Source: Blautia sp.
GTDB lineage: Bacteria > Bacillota > Clostridia > Lachnospirales > Lachnospiraceae
Length of the DNA stretch: 64,000 nt
Reading direction: 5' to 3'
NCBI GenBank assembly: GCA_034118545.1
Contig: JAXFBD010000069.1
Location: 9,948-73,947 of the forward strand
This document shows, in pieces, positions 43,141-53,400 of this stretch; position 1 is the stretch's first letter; the number at the start of each line of letters is the position of its first letter. Under the pieces are notes generated by a model. That model was given only the letters and a program-made list of their open reading frames with translations. It had not been told where the DNA came from and did no database searches. A program made the translations under genes and the position numbers.

Positions 43141-43917
43141 TCAGGGCTGATATGTCAGTGTGTGTATAACAAAGGGAAGCTGTTTCTCCCAGCTTGCCTC
43201 GCAGTGATTTCCAAAAGGAACGATCCTGCTGGTTACAAAAATCTTTCTCTGAAGTAGCATAAAAGTCATCTTTTCAAACTGAGACTGCATCACCTTATGG
43301 AAGTTGATTTCCCTGGAACCGTAATCCATATAAATGGTGGTATCCGTATCAATTTTCGCCGTTTTAACCAGCCTCTCCAGCTTCTGGGGATTTGTCCAGA
43401 TGGACGGGGAAAGCGCCGCTGCTTTGGAAAATACATCGTTATATTCCAAAACCGCATACAGGCTCATGAGACCTCCCATGGAGCTTCCTGCAATATAGGT
43501 ATTTGCCCGATCCGGCAGTGTCCTGTAGTTTCTGTCAATCTCTTCTTTGAAGGTATGGATCAGCCACTCCATGGTTTCCTTTCCCTTACCTTCAATTTTA
43601 CCGAATTTGGGATCTGAAAAATTATAGGGAGAATACTCCTTCAATCTGCCGTTATCCGCATCATGGCTGCATTCCACCGCCGCAATAATCATCTGCGTAT
43701 TGGTATAATCCATATATTCCTTCATTCCCCAGCATTTACCATAGGTAGCATCGGAATCGAAAAAAACATTATGTCCGTCAAACATATATAATACCGGATA
43801 TCGTTTATCCTTTTCATATTCATAAGATTCCGGCAGGTAAATATAAGCCGTACGTTCTTGTGGCCCTGCCTGTGCCGGAAACATAACGCTCCATCTTTTT
43901 ACCATTGTTGTCTCCAT
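43141..43917 (-). CDS. Alpha/beta-hydrolase esterase-family protein
   Basis: YPVLYMFDGHN, GSSMGG, HCEASW. Confidence 0.85.
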   Translation of the reverse strand: METTMVKRWSVMFPAQAGPQERTAYIYLPESYEYEKDKRYPVLYMFDGHNVFFDSDATYGKCWGMKEYMDYTNTQMIIAAVECSHDADNGRLKEYSPYNFSDPKFGKIEGKGKETMEWLIHTFKEEIDRNYRTLPDRANTYIAGSSMGGLMSLYAVLEYNDVFSKAAALSPSIWTNPQKLERLVKTAKIDTDTTIYMDYGSREINFHKVMQSQFEKMTFMLLQRKIFVTSRIVPFGNHCEASWEKQLPFVIHTLTYQP

Positions 43918-43946
43918 TTCTGTAAGTCAGTAATTTTTACTTTCCG

Positions 43947-43975
43947 ATTATACTCCAGTTTTTTTTGAAAAACAA
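43947..43975 (-). promoter_or_regulatory. Putative sigmaA promoter of the esterase-esterase-ATP-grasp unit
   Basis: TTGTTT-N17-TATAAT with an A8 run in the spacer. Confidence 0.5.
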
Positions 43976-44030
43976 TACGGCATTTTTCCGGTTTATTCCA
44001 GAAAAAATAAAGAAAAACCGCTGTTTTTCA

Positions 44031-44624
44031 TCATTTATCCATTATCTTGCAAAACACCACTGCCGTTGCCGTACTCACCAGGGTCGCCGCTATCCCCGGC
44101 CCTACAATGGCCGACGGATTCACGCTTCCGTACTGTGCCCGGTAGGCAATAATATTCACAGGAATAAGCTGCAGAGAAGACACATTAATAATCAGGAAAG
44201 TACACATGGCATTGCTTGCCGCATCTGTCTCTTGTTTTCCCCGTTTTTCCCGGCGAATTCTGTCCAGTTCTTTAAATGCCATCAGGCCGGAAGATGTGCT
44301 GGCCCAGCTCAATCCCAGGATATTAGCCAGAAAATTCAGAGAAATATACCGGGCTGCTTTAGAATATGGCTCTAAATCAGGAAATAAAAAGCATAATAAA
44401 GGACGCAGCTTATTTGAAAGCTGCGCCACAAGCCCTGTTGTTTCTGCTATTTTCATCATCCCTGTCCACATTGCAGTGACACCTGCCACAGACAGACAAA
44501 GTGAAACAGCTTCCTTCGGGGATGCCACCACTGCCTCTGTCACTGCCTGCAGATTTCCTGTAAGGGCTGCATAAACAATTCCAGTTAAAATCATTCCACT
44601 CCACAGATAAGTAATCATCGCCAT
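44031..44624 (-). CDS. spmA: Spore maturation protein A
   Basis: MWTGMMKIAE, ANILGL, FLIINVSSLQLIP, YGSVNP. Confidence 0.88.
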   Translation of the reverse strand: MAMITYLWSGMILTGIVYAALTGNLQAVTEAVVASPKEAVSLCLSVAGVTAMWTGMMKIAETTGLVAQLSNKLRPLLCFLFPDLEPYSKAARYISLNFLANILGLSWASTSSGLMAFKELDRIRREKRGKQETDAASNAMCTFLIINVSSLQLIPVNIIAYRAQYGSVNPSAIVGPGIAATLVSTATAVVFCKIMDK

Positions 44625-44652
44625 TCTCTTTTCGCATATGCTTATCTTATAC

Positions 44653-46095
44653 TTATGCCATGAGGTTCTGTTTATTACAGGTCTTCCCTGTTCTCTGAAA
44701 AATCCTGGTTCCGCACCGGGCTGCCCAGGTCTTCCCGTCCCTTATGTAAAATTCCACCGTACTGATCCGTTTCTTATGATCTTCTCTGCTTACCGCAGCA
44801 AAAACAGTCTTCTGACAGTAAAGAAAGTCCACCGGCTCGCCGTTAAAGCTTCCTGTGAGTTTCCCGTCTGCAAGCTCCACAATACAGTGCTGGGGAAGAC
44901 CCTCTCTGGACAGGTAATCGCCGCATAAAATCTCCGGCATGGAAAAAACTCCTCCGGAAGGCCATGCCCAGTAATGCTGTGTTTCGTAAGGAAGACCCAG
45001 CACGTAATTATAACAGGCCCATTTAAATTCATCCATATTCTGCTCGCCCTCATTACACAAAACCGCCACAGAATATCCTCCCTCTATCAGAGCCCCGCAT
45101 GAAGAAACTCCCCGAAGTGCTCCGGAATGATCACAGACAACTCTTCCATTTATCAGTTTTTTCTCCAGTCCCAGACAGTAATACGGCTCTGTGGAGGCGG
45201 GATATCCCCTGCCGATCAGAAGCTCCACAGCTTCCTTTGGGATTACCTGCTGCCCCTCCCAGACTCCTCCGTCACAAAGTGTTTTATAATATTTTGACAT
45301 GTCTGCGGAGGTGGATTTTACGCAGGCACAGCCTCTGTACGGCGGCAGCACCGACCAGTTTTCATCCTGCCAGAAGCCGCCGTCTTCCTCTCTCACAAAA
45401 ATACTGCTGATGTTTCCTTTTGCAAGCTTTATAGCCTCGGAACCATCCAGATCCTGTACTGTCCGGGTCATTCCCAGAGGCCGGAAAATTCTCTTTTCAA
45501 GAAACCTCTCCAGAGGCATTTGTGCCGCCTGATCCACCACATAGGACAGGATAGCATACCCCTCGTTACAGTAGCTCATATACTCTCCCGGCATACCCAG
45601 AGGTTCGTAATTTCCCTGAGAAATATAATCCACGATCTGACCGATTTCATCCATCTTATTGGGTGCGGTTTCCCTCATATGGCGATACCAGTAGGATTCC
45701 TTTTCCACACTGTTCATGGCAATGGACCACTCCATTGGTTCCATGGGCGGTATTCCTGCCCGATGCATGGCCAGTGTACGAAGGGTCACACACTCATCGG
45801 GAATTCCCGGAATATGGAAATCCGGAAAATATTTCACAACCGGATCCTCCAGATCAAGGCTTCCCTCCGTATGAAGAATGGCACAGGCAAGAGCTGTCAT
45901 GGATTTGCTCATGGAAGCCACTCCGAAAACTGTGTTTTCATCTGCAGGCAGGCTATTTTTTATATCCCTGAATCCATATCCCTTCTGAAACAGAATTCCT
46001 TCCGGTCCGCGGATGGTAACTGCCATTCCCGGATAACCCCTTTTCTCAAAAAGTCCTGTCAGATATACATCAAAAGCTTCTATATCTCTCTTCAC
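44653..46095 (-). CDS. Serine hydrolase, beta-lactamase/S12 D-peptidase family
   Basis: SMSK (SxxK), YCN (YxN), HSG; extra C-terminal domain; no signal peptide. Confidence 0.85.
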   Translation of the reverse strand: MKRDIEAFDVYLTGLFEKRGYPGMAVTIRGPEGILFQKGYGFRDIKNSLPADENTVFGVASMSKSMTALACAILHTEGSLDLEDPVVKYFPDFHIPGIPDECVTLRTLAMHRAGIPPMEPMEWSIAMNSVEKESYWYRHMRETAPNKMDEIGQIVDYISQGNYEPLGMPGEYMSYCNEGYAILSYVVDQAAQMPLERFLEKRIFRPLGMTRTVQDLDGSEAIKLAKGNISSIFVREEDGGFWQDENWSVLPPYRGCACVKSTSADMSKYYKTLCDGGVWEGQQVIPKEAVELLIGRGYPASTEPYYCLGLEKKLINGRVVCDHSGALRGVSSCGALIEGGYSVAVLCNEGEQNMDEFKWACYNYVLGLPYETQHYWAWPSGGVFSMPEILCGDYLSREGLPQHCIVELADGKLTGSFNGEPVDFLYCQKTVFAAVSREDHKKRISTVEFYIRDGKTWAARCGTRIFQRTGKTCNKQNLMA

Positions 46096-46103
46096 TTTTT
46101 CGC

Positions 46104-46898
46104 TCAGCCTCCCATAAAATTCAGTGCCACCCGCACATCATAATAATTTTTTGCTCCATACCGTACCGTATGGCTGTCCACCATTTCCGCCCCGGGAAAC
46201 CATCCTGCATTACGGGCATCAATATGAGATGCGAACTGAATTTCCAGTATATATTCCTCCGGCATTTTCCGCAGAGGAGGAAGCTCTGTCAGCGCTTTTG
46301 CCGCAGCAGCTTTCATCTGTTCTGCTGCATCTTCCGGATGAAGACTGACAGTCCCGCCCCCAATTCCTTCCTTTACTGCAAATGTATGAATTCCCGGATA
46401 TTCTGCCTCAGCATATTTACAGATTTCTCTGTCTCCCGAAAGAAAAACCGACGGAATCCCACTGGCATCTGCCCAGTGAGAATTCAAAGTAAATTCCGAT
46501 GCAAGCCGTCCATTAAGCCAGATACGACTGAAACGGGAGCTGCTTATGGTATGAGCCAGAGGGCTTTTGTCAGAGCCTGCCGGTGCATGATATCCCACAT
46601 ACATCACCCCGTCATACCCCTCCCCGAGACCTGCCATCATAGATGCAGGACTGGCCATCCATCCCCTGATCAGAGTAACTCCTCTCGGAAGAAGACGGGC
46701 ATCAATATTACAGGCATCTCCGTGTCCGTCCCGGACAGTCACACAATGTCCTGCTTCCAGAGCAGCTTCGCAGACAGCCGCTGTTTCCAGCGTCATCTGC
46801 CTGCAGGCCTGCTCATATCCTTTTCCGCCGGTTCTTGTTTCTTCCCATCGGGTAACACCGGCAACCCCTTCAATATCCGCACTGATAAATAACTTCAT
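46104..46898 (-). CDS. dppA: M55 family D-aminopeptidase
   Basis: ISADIEG, DGHG, GYHA, LAHT, LSGD. Confidence 0.9.
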   Translation of the reverse strand: MKLFISADIEGVAGVTRWEETRTGGKGYEQACRQMTLETAAVCEAALEAGHCVTVRDGHGDACNIDARLLPRGVTLIRGWMASPASMMAGLGEGYDGVMYVGYHAPAGSDKSPLAHTISSSRFSRIWLNGRLASEFTLNSHWADASGIPSVFLSGDREICKYAEAEYPGIHTFAVKEGIGGGTVSLHPEDAAEQMKAAAAKALTELPPLRKMPEEYILEIQFASHIDARNAGWFPGAEMVDSHTVRYGAKNYYDVRVALNFMGG

Positions 46899-46937
46899 TT
46901 TTTATTTTCCCCTGTGTTTATTTTATATTTTCAGCAG

Positions 46938-47969
46938 TTACGGCAGGTATTCCCGCACACCATGAACCGTATTTTTACGTATCCCTGTCATTCCCTCACT
47001 GTGATATAAAGAACTGATCACCGCTTCCTCCACAGCCTCTGCAGCAGCCTCAAAAACAGGATCCATGGCATCATCCAGAATCTCACTTCTGGTAATAATT
47101 TTCTTTTTGCTGTAATGGGGGATTTTATCCGCCGTGGAAAAGGCAATGGCAATATCTCCGCTTCCATTTCCCAGATAAGACCCGGTTCTTCCAAGCCCCA
47201 CTACACTTCTTCTCGCCACGCGCCGAAGCTGCCTGTCATTCATGGGAATATCCGTTGCAAGGAGAATGATTACGGAACCTTTTTCCTTACCGCCAATCCG
47301 TTTTTCCTCTGAAACGTCCACAACCTTTCCGTCAATGCGCAGATTCCCCAAAACACCGAAATTAGACATCACAAGTGCTCCGATGGTATACCTCTGCTCA
47401 TCGACCAGAACCATTCTGGAAGAAGATCCAATACCGCCCTTCAGCCCCATACAGATCATTCCCCGGCCGGATCCCACAGCCCCTTCTTCAAAATCCTCAC
47501 TGCAGTTTTCCAATGCCTGAAAGACATGTTTTTCCGTCACATGAAGTCCCCGGATATCGTTCAGGCTTCCGTCATTGCATTCTGTCACCACACAGTTTAC
47601 CGTTCCTGTCAGCGTGCCGATATCTTTGTTTCTTTCCAGCATATATTTTACAAGGGCTGTCAGAGCCGTCCCCACGCTTAAGGTATTTGTCATCACTATG
47701 GGTGTTTCCAGCGTTCCCAGTTCATCGATCTGGATAAGGCCTGTGCTTTTGCCAAATCCATTGATCACCGCTGTACCGGCCGGCAGCTTCTCCCGAAATG
47801 TGTTTCCCGGGTGGGGAATTACTGCCGTCACTCCTGTATGGATATTTTTCTCTTCATCATCTATGGTAACATGCCCCACCTTTATGCCTGCCACATCTGT
47901 AATCTTGTTTCTTTTTCCCCGCTCATATTTATTATTCAGCAGTCCTGCTGCTTCCAGAGGTAATCCCAT
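46938..47969 (-). CDS. P1/S58 family aminopeptidase (DmpA-like Ntn hydrolase)
   Basis: ITDVAGIKVGH, NGFGKSTG, ECNDG, KGGIGSSSR, NGSGD autocleavage site. Confidence 0.9.
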   Translation of the reverse strand: MGLPLEAAGLLNNKYERGKRNKITDVAGIKVGHVTIDDEEKNIHTGVTAVIPHPGNTFREKLPAGTAVINGFGKSTGLIQIDELGTLETPIVMTNTLSVGTALTALVKYMLERNKDIGTLTGTVNCVVTECNDGSLNDIRGLHVTEKHVFQALENCSEDFEEGAVGSGRGMICMGLKGGIGSSSRMVLVDEQRYTIGALVMSNFGVLGNLRIDGKVVDVSEEKRIGGKEKGSVIILLATDIPMNDRQLRRVARRSVVGLGRTGSYLGNGSGDIAIAFSTADKIPHYSKKKIITRSEILDDAMDPVFEAAAEAVEEAVISSLYHSEGMTGIRKNTVHGVREYLP

Positions 47970-48013
47970 TTTTTTGCTCCCTTATGTCATATTCTTCGTT
48001 GCTGCGAAGGTTT

Positions 48014-49624
48014 TTATCTCACTCGGAGATAAACTGTTTTTCCTCCCACTACAGTTCTTTCCACCGTTACATCCTTAATACGTTCCGGCTCCAGTTCAAA
48101 AATATCATCCGAAAGCACCGCAAAATCAGCCAGAAAACCTTCTCGTATCATACCTTTTTTATTTTCCTCCAGGGAAAGCGCAGCACCGCCTTTTGTATAA
48201 ATACTCACGGCTTCCCATACGCTCAGCTTTTCCCCCGGATGCCATCCGCCGGCAGGATTTCCGTCTTCATCTGTTCTGGTCACTGCACAGTAAATCCCCC
48301 ACAGCGGATTCATGGTTTCCACCGGACTGTCAGAACCGCCCCCGAGAAGGATTCCGGTATCATGCATGGTTTTCCAGCAATATCCCAGATTCTCTCTCTC
48401 TCCCAGACGGGGTGCCGTAAGAGACATATCTGATGCTGTAAAAGGAGGCTGAATATCTGCAGCGATATGATATTCCGCCATCATGTCAAAAAGCTTTTTG
48501 TCCCCGAACTGGCAGTGGACAATCCTGTGACGCAGCTCTTTCGGCTCCTCTTCATATGCTTTTCTGAATGCATGGACACACTGCTCCACCGCGCCGTCTC
48601 CTATGGCATGGCAGGCCACCTGCATTCCTGCTTTGTGTGCTATGGATACCACCTCATCCAGCTCCTCCTGGGTATACACCGCAATCCCTCTGTTTCCCGG
48701 AGCATCCGCATAATCTTCTCTCATATAGGCCGATCTTGCACCCAGTGACCCGTCTGTGATAAGCTTAATGTTCCCTATCTTGAAAAAGTCTGTGCCATCG
48801 CCTGTACGCAGCCCTCTTTTCAGAAATTCTCTCAGAACCGGCGGACGGGGAGACTGAACCTCTTCATTTATACGAAGCGTCAGCGTTCCCTCCTGCTCAA
48901 GCTGACTATAGGCTTCCATGACTGTATCCAGAGGCGCGCCTTCCAGATCATCCGTCTGAACAGAAGTAATGCCAAAGGAATTTGCCGCTCCGGCAGCCGC
49001 CATAATGGCACGCCTGCATTCTGCCGTTTCCGGTGCGGGAATCCTGCGTTTAAATGCATCCAGTGCAGACTCCCATAGAACCCCGGTTGGATTTCCTTCT
49101 TCATCCAGCTCCACATTTCCACCGGGCATTTTTGTGTTTTTGTCAAAGTCTGCCAGCTTCATGGCAAGAGTATTCGCCGCTCCCACATGGCCGCACACAC
49201 GCTCGATCATAATTGGATGCTCTGTGGAAATCCGATCAAGCAGCGCTCCATCCGGCAGTTTTGGATCCGCAAATACGTTGTGATCATATCCGCCTCCCAC
49301 GATCCACGTTCCTGCAGGAATCTTTTTCTCAGCGATATACCTCCGTCCTTTTTCCACAATCTCATCCAATGACCGTACATTTCTCAGCTCCAGCCTCTCA
49401 TATCCCAGCCCGGTAAGCAGCAGATGACAGTGAGAATCATTAAATCCCGGTACCATGCATGCACCCTTCAGATCGATTTTTCCACAGTTTTCTTCTGCCA
49501 GAGAAAGTATATCCACATCATTCCCCACAGCTTCAATAAGACCGTCCTTTACTGCCACTGCAGAAACCGTCTCTTCACCTGCCATTGTATAAATTTTCCC
49601 GTTATAAAATATCAGATTCGCCAT
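48014..49624 (-). CDS. YtcJ/NfdA-like amidohydrolase (Amidohydro_3)
   Basis: PGFNDSHCH, DGSLGARSA, HAIGD, RIVHCQ, GSDSPV. Confidence 0.9.
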   Translation of the reverse strand: MANLIFYNGKIYTMAGEETVSAVAVKDGLIEAVGNDVDILSLAEENCGKIDLKGACMVPGFNDSHCHLLLTGLGYERLELRNVRSLDEIVEKGRRYIAEKKIPAGTWIVGGGYDHNVFADPKLPDGALLDRISTEHPIMIERVCGHVGAANTLAMKLADFDKNTKMPGGNVELDEEGNPTGVLWESALDAFKRRIPAPETAECRRAIMAAAGAANSFGITSVQTDDLEGAPLDTVMEAYSQLEQEGTLTLRINEEVQSPRPPVLREFLKRGLRTGDGTDFFKIGNIKLITDGSLGARSAYMREDYADAPGNRGIAVYTQEELDEVVSIAHKAGMQVACHAIGDGAVEQCVHAFRKAYEEEPKELRHRIVHCQFGDKKLFDMMAEYHIAADIQPPFTASDMSLTAPRLGERENLGYCWKTMHDTGILLGGGSDSPVETMNPLWGIYCAVTRTDEDGNPAGGWHPGEKLSVWEAVSIYTKGGAALSLEENKKGMIREGFLADFAVLSDDIFELEPERIKDVTVERTVVGGKTVYLRVR

Positions 49625-49694
49625 TTGTTTTTTCCTTTCGTAAACAACACTAATCAGATTATAGAATATTTACGGACTTTTTTCCAGATAAAAA

Positions 49695-49751
49695 GGGAGC
49701 TGCCGCATAATTCAAACTGCAAAATGCGTTTGATTATACGGCAGCCCTTTT
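49695..49751. repeat. Palindromic element / terminator-like stem after the peptide-binding protein gene
   Basis: GCTGCCGCATAATTCAAAC...GTTTGATTATACGGCAGC, followed by U5 on the minus strand. Confidence 0.7.
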
Positions 49752-49780
49752 ATATTATTTTTATGGAGATTACCCTCAGA

Positions 49781-51382
49781 TTACTCTGCGGTACGGATAT
49801 TCATGAAGCACATATTCCAGATCCAGGATGCATTCATTGTATAGCCTGTATATGCTTTGTTCATTGTAGCCTGTCTGTTGGGGTACATAACAAATACGTA
49901 TGGTGTATCCTGATTTACGATATCCATTACCTCAAACAGCTTCTGATTACGTTCTTCATCATCAAGGCTTGCAGCCTGCTCCTTCAGAAGCTTATCCACT
50001 TCTTCATTTGTGTAAACTGCTGCGTTGGAGCCGCCTTCACCTGCGTTATAGCTTGCCAGAAGAGGTTCGATATTACCGGAAACATCAGGATAATCTGCTT
50101 CCCAGCCGGCAAGGATCATATCGTAATCTCTGTTTCCGTCTTCGTCAAAATATTCTCCAAACTGATATGCTGTATGCTCGTCAGAAGAAAGCTTAACAAG
50201 TTCAACATTAATATTCAGCTCTTTTAATGCTTCCTGAATTGCAAGTCCCAGAGAATAGCTTAAGGAGCTTTCTGTGATCAGCATGCTGCAGTCAAAGCCG
50301 TCTGCATACTCAGATGCTGCCATGTATTCTTTCGCCTTGTCCAGATCGTAAGAAGTGTAATCGGCATTTGCAACGTAATCTTCCCACTCGTCCGGATTAA
50401 TTGTATACAGAACAGAGCTGTTGGGCAGGCATCCGCCTTCCTTTCCTGCATCCTTAATGATGTTCTCCTGCAGAGAGGCCAGATCAATGGCACTTGCAAT
50501 TGCCTTACGTACATTTACATCATCAAACGGTGCACGCTGTGTATTAAATGCCAGGAACTGGATACCCATGGTCTCCACATCCTGAACATCAAGATTGTCG
50601 CTCTTCTTCAGAGTCTCAACCATATCAGAAGGTGTATTCGGTGTAAAATCAACCTCACCGGACATCAGTGCGCTGGCGCGTGTGGTATCCTCAGGAATAA
50701 TCTTAAATACCAGCTTGTCCATCTCAATTTCCTGATCCTTATCCCAGTAATTCTCATTTTTTACCAGAACGATTTCCTGACCACTGGTCCAGCTGTCAAA
50801 TACGTATGGACCGGTGCCCATCAGACCGCTTTCTGCTGTGCCGAAAGTATCTTCGTTTGCTTCATAGAACTCTTTGCTGATGATATGACCTGCAGTTGTT
50901 GCAAAGATGTATTTCCACGTTGCAGAAGGCTCTTTTAAGTGAACAGTCAGCTCCCAGTCACCTGTCTGCTCAAAAGAATCCACGTTGTCAAATGTCCACA
51001 GAAGGTAGGATGCTGTCTCCGGATTTTTAATTCTTTCCAGAGAAAATAACACGTCATCCATAGTCATTGGTGTTCCGTCAGAAAATGTTACATCATCACG
51101 AATCTGATAAACATAAGTAACATCATCTGTTGCTTCCCAGCTGCTTGCAAGCTGTGGTTCCAGCTCATTGTTTTCATTCACAGTCAGCAGTCCCTGCGTA
51201 ATCTGATTTACAACCGGGTTTGTTGTAAAATCATAGGCAAATGCAGGATCCAGAGCTACGATATCACTGTTCAGTGCAATCGTAAATGTGTTGTCATCTT
51301 CCGCAGCAAAAGTAATCTGTGCAGGACCGATCATGGAAACTGCTACTGCTGCTGAAAGAACGCCGGCAAGTAATTTTTTCAT
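49781..51382 (-). CDS. Peptide ABC substrate-binding protein (SBP family 5)
   Basis: LDPAFAYD, IRDDVTFSDGTP, GTGPY, NVRKAIASAID, WEADYPD; signal peptide without lipobox. Confidence 0.92.
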   Translation of the reverse strand: MKKLLAGVLSAAVAVSMIGPAQITFAAEDDNTFTIALNSDIVALDPAFAYDFTTNPVVNQITQGLLTVNENNELEPQLASSWEATDDVTYVYQIRDDVTFSDGTPMTMDDVLFSLERIKNPETASYLLWTFDNVDSFEQTGDWELTVHLKEPSATWKYIFATTAGHIISKEFYEANEDTFGTAESGLMGTGPYVFDSWTSGQEIVLVKNENYWDKDQEIEMDKLVFKIIPEDTTRASALMSGEVDFTPNTPSDMVETLKKSDNLDVQDVETMGIQFLAFNTQRAPFDDVNVRKAIASAIDLASLQENIIKDAGKEGGCLPNSSVLYTINPDEWEDYVANADYTSYDLDKAKEYMAASEYADGFDCSMLITESSLSYSLGLAIQEALKELNINVELVKLSSDEHTAYQFGEYFDEDGNRDYDMILAGWEADYPDVSGNIEPLLASYNAGEGGSNAAVYTNEEVDKLLKEQAASLDDEERNQKLFEVMDIVNQDTPYVFVMYPNRQATMNKAYTGYTMNASWIWNMCFMNIRTAE

Positions 51383-51457
51383 TTTAATTTCCTCCTTTTT
51401 TTATCTGATAACCTTCCGCAAAGACTTTTTTTATATCCAAAAGTCCCATCGGCGGTC

Positions 51458-52423
51458 TCATACATGGTAACATGCCACCTTGTGCCCGTTTCCTATATCT
51501 TTAAGTTCCGGAGCTTTTTCCCGGCACTGCTGCGTACAGTAACGGCATCGGGATGCAAAGCTGCAGCCCCGGGGCAGATCAATGGCATTGGGGATGTCTC
51601 CCTCCAGGATGATGCGCTCTTTTGCATCCTCCGGATCCGCCTTGGGAATGGCAGACATCAGTGCCTGTGTATAGGGGTGACAGATATTGGAAAAGAGCTC
51701 CTTTACCGGTGCCATTTCCACAATTCTTCCGAGATACATAACCGCCACGTTATCACAGATATGTTCCACCACTGTCATTTCATGAGAAATGAACATCATG
51801 GTCATTTTCAGCTTTTTACGCAGATCTGTGATCAGATTCAGTATCTGTGCCTGTACAGAAACATCCAGCGCAGATACCGGCTCATCTGCCACGATAAAAC
51901 CAGGCTCCAGGATCAGTGCCCTTGCAATGGCAAGTCTCTGAAGCTGACCGCCGGAAAGCTCTCCCGGGCTCCTGTGCAGCATATCAAGTGGCAGGCTGAT
52001 ATACTCCATGAGCTGCTCTACCTTTTCATGAAGTGCCCTTTCATCCATACCGTAAACCCGTCCCACCTCGTAAAGAGCCGAACCGATTTTCTGTTTGGGA
52101 TTAAAGGATGAATACGGATTCTGAAATATCATCTGCATGTTTTTCCGGTAGGGCTTCAGCTCTCTGCGGTTCATCCGGGAAATATCCGTTCCGTCAAAAA
52201 GAATCTCTCCTTCTGTTATGGGAAACAATCTGAGCACTGACCTGCCCAGAGTAGATTTTCCGCATCCGCTTTCTCCCACAACGCCCATGATCTCACCTTC
52301 ACAGATCTCAAAGGAGACACCATCCAGCGCTTTCAGCGTTTTTCCTCCGGAGGGATAATACTTCTTTAAATTCTTTACTTCTATGATCTTATGATCTTTA
52401 TTGATCAGATTTTCGTTTATCAT
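51458..52423 (-). CDS. Peptide ABC ATPase (OppF/DppF-like)
   Basis: GESGCGKST, LSGGQLQR, DEPVSALD, HPYT, C-terminal Cys cluster. Confidence 0.93.
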   Translation of the reverse strand: MINENLINKDHKIIEVKNLKKYYPSGGKTLKALDGVSFEICEGEIMGVVGESGCGKSTLGRSVLRLFPITEGEILFDGTDISRMNRRELKPYRKNMQMIFQNPYSSFNPKQKIGSALYEVGRVYGMDERALHEKVEQLMEYISLPLDMLHRSPGELSGGQLQRLAIARALILEPGFIVADEPVSALDVSVQAQILNLITDLRKKLKMTMMFISHEMTVVEHICDNVAVMYLGRIVEMAPVKELFSNICHPYTQALMSAIPKADPEDAKERIILEGDIPNAIDLPRGCSFASRCRYCTQQCREKAPELKDIGNGHKVACYHV

Positions 52424-52440
52424 CAGAAAGCCTCCTCCGA

Positions 52441-53400
52441 TTACTGAATATGGTGACAGGCTGCCACATGACCGTCTCCAAGATTCCTTTCCTCCGGACG
52501 GATCTCACACTCTTTTGTTGCATAAGGACACCTTGGAAGATATGCACATGCCTTATTTTCTGCAAAAAGCTCCGGCGGACTTCCCGGAATGGTAGGAAGA
52601 TACTCCACATTCATACCGGTTTTCGGAATACTGTTTATCAGTGCTTTACTGTACGGATGCGCCGGATGGCGGAACACCGTTTTCGTATCACATGTCTCCA
52701 CCACACGCCCTGCATACATAACAGATACGCGGTCGCAGATTTCTGCCACAATACCAAAGTTATGTGTGATCAGCAAAACAGACATGCCCATATCCGCTGA
52801 TAATCTCTTCAAAAGCTCCAGAATCTGTGCCTGAATGGTAACATCAAGAGCTGTTGTGGGTTCGTCTGCAATAAGCAGTTCCGGGCTGCACGCAATGGCA
52901 ATGGCAATCATAACACGCTGCTGAAGACCGCCGCTCAGCTCAAAAGGATACTGTCCGAAACGTTTTTCAGGCGGATTGATTCCCACCCTTTCCAGCAGCT
53001 TTAATGTCTTCTTTTTCGCCTCCGGTTTACTGCATTTTTCATGAAACCGATATGTTTCAGCAATCTGTTCTCCTATGGTCATAAGAGGATTTAAGGATGT
53101 CATGGGATCCTGAAAAATCATGGAAATCCGATTTCCCCTGATGGCCTGCATCTTCTTTTTTGGAAGCTTCAGGATATCCTCCCCCTTGAAAATTATCTCT
53201 CCGCTCATACGGCTTCTCTGCTCATTATGAAGGCGCATAACAGACTTTGAAGTCATACTTTTTCCGGATCCGCTCTCACCCACAAGACCATGAATTTCTC
53301 CCGGACGAATTTCCAGATTTACCCCGCCCAGAGCATAAACGATTCCGCGGGGTGTCATCAGATCTACCTTCAGATCTTTGATTTCCAGTAAATTTTCCAT
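52441..53400 (-). CDS. Peptide ABC ATPase (OppD/DppD-like)
   Basis: GESGSGKS, LSGGLQQR, DEPTTALD. Confidence 0.93.
   Translation of the reverse strand: MENLLEIKDLKVDLMTPRGIVYALGGVNLEIRPGEIHGLVGESGSGKSMTSKSVMRLHNEQRSRMSGEIIFKGEDILKLPKKKMQAIRGNRISMIFQDPMTSLNPLMTIGEQIAETYRFHEKCSKPEAKKKTLKLLERVGINPPEKRFGQYPFELSGGLQQRVMIAIAIACSPELLIADEPTTALDVTIQAQILELLKRLSADMGMSVLLITHNFGIVAEICDRVSVMYAGRVVETCDTKTVFRHPAHPYSKALINSIPKTGMNVEYLPTIPGSPPELFAENKACAYLPRCPYATKECEIRPEERNLGDGHVAACHHIQ

Noticed and set aside
44653-46095. Antibiotic-resistance beta-lactamase
   Set aside because: No signal peptide, and the peptidase context fits a cytoplasmic S12-type hydrolase better.
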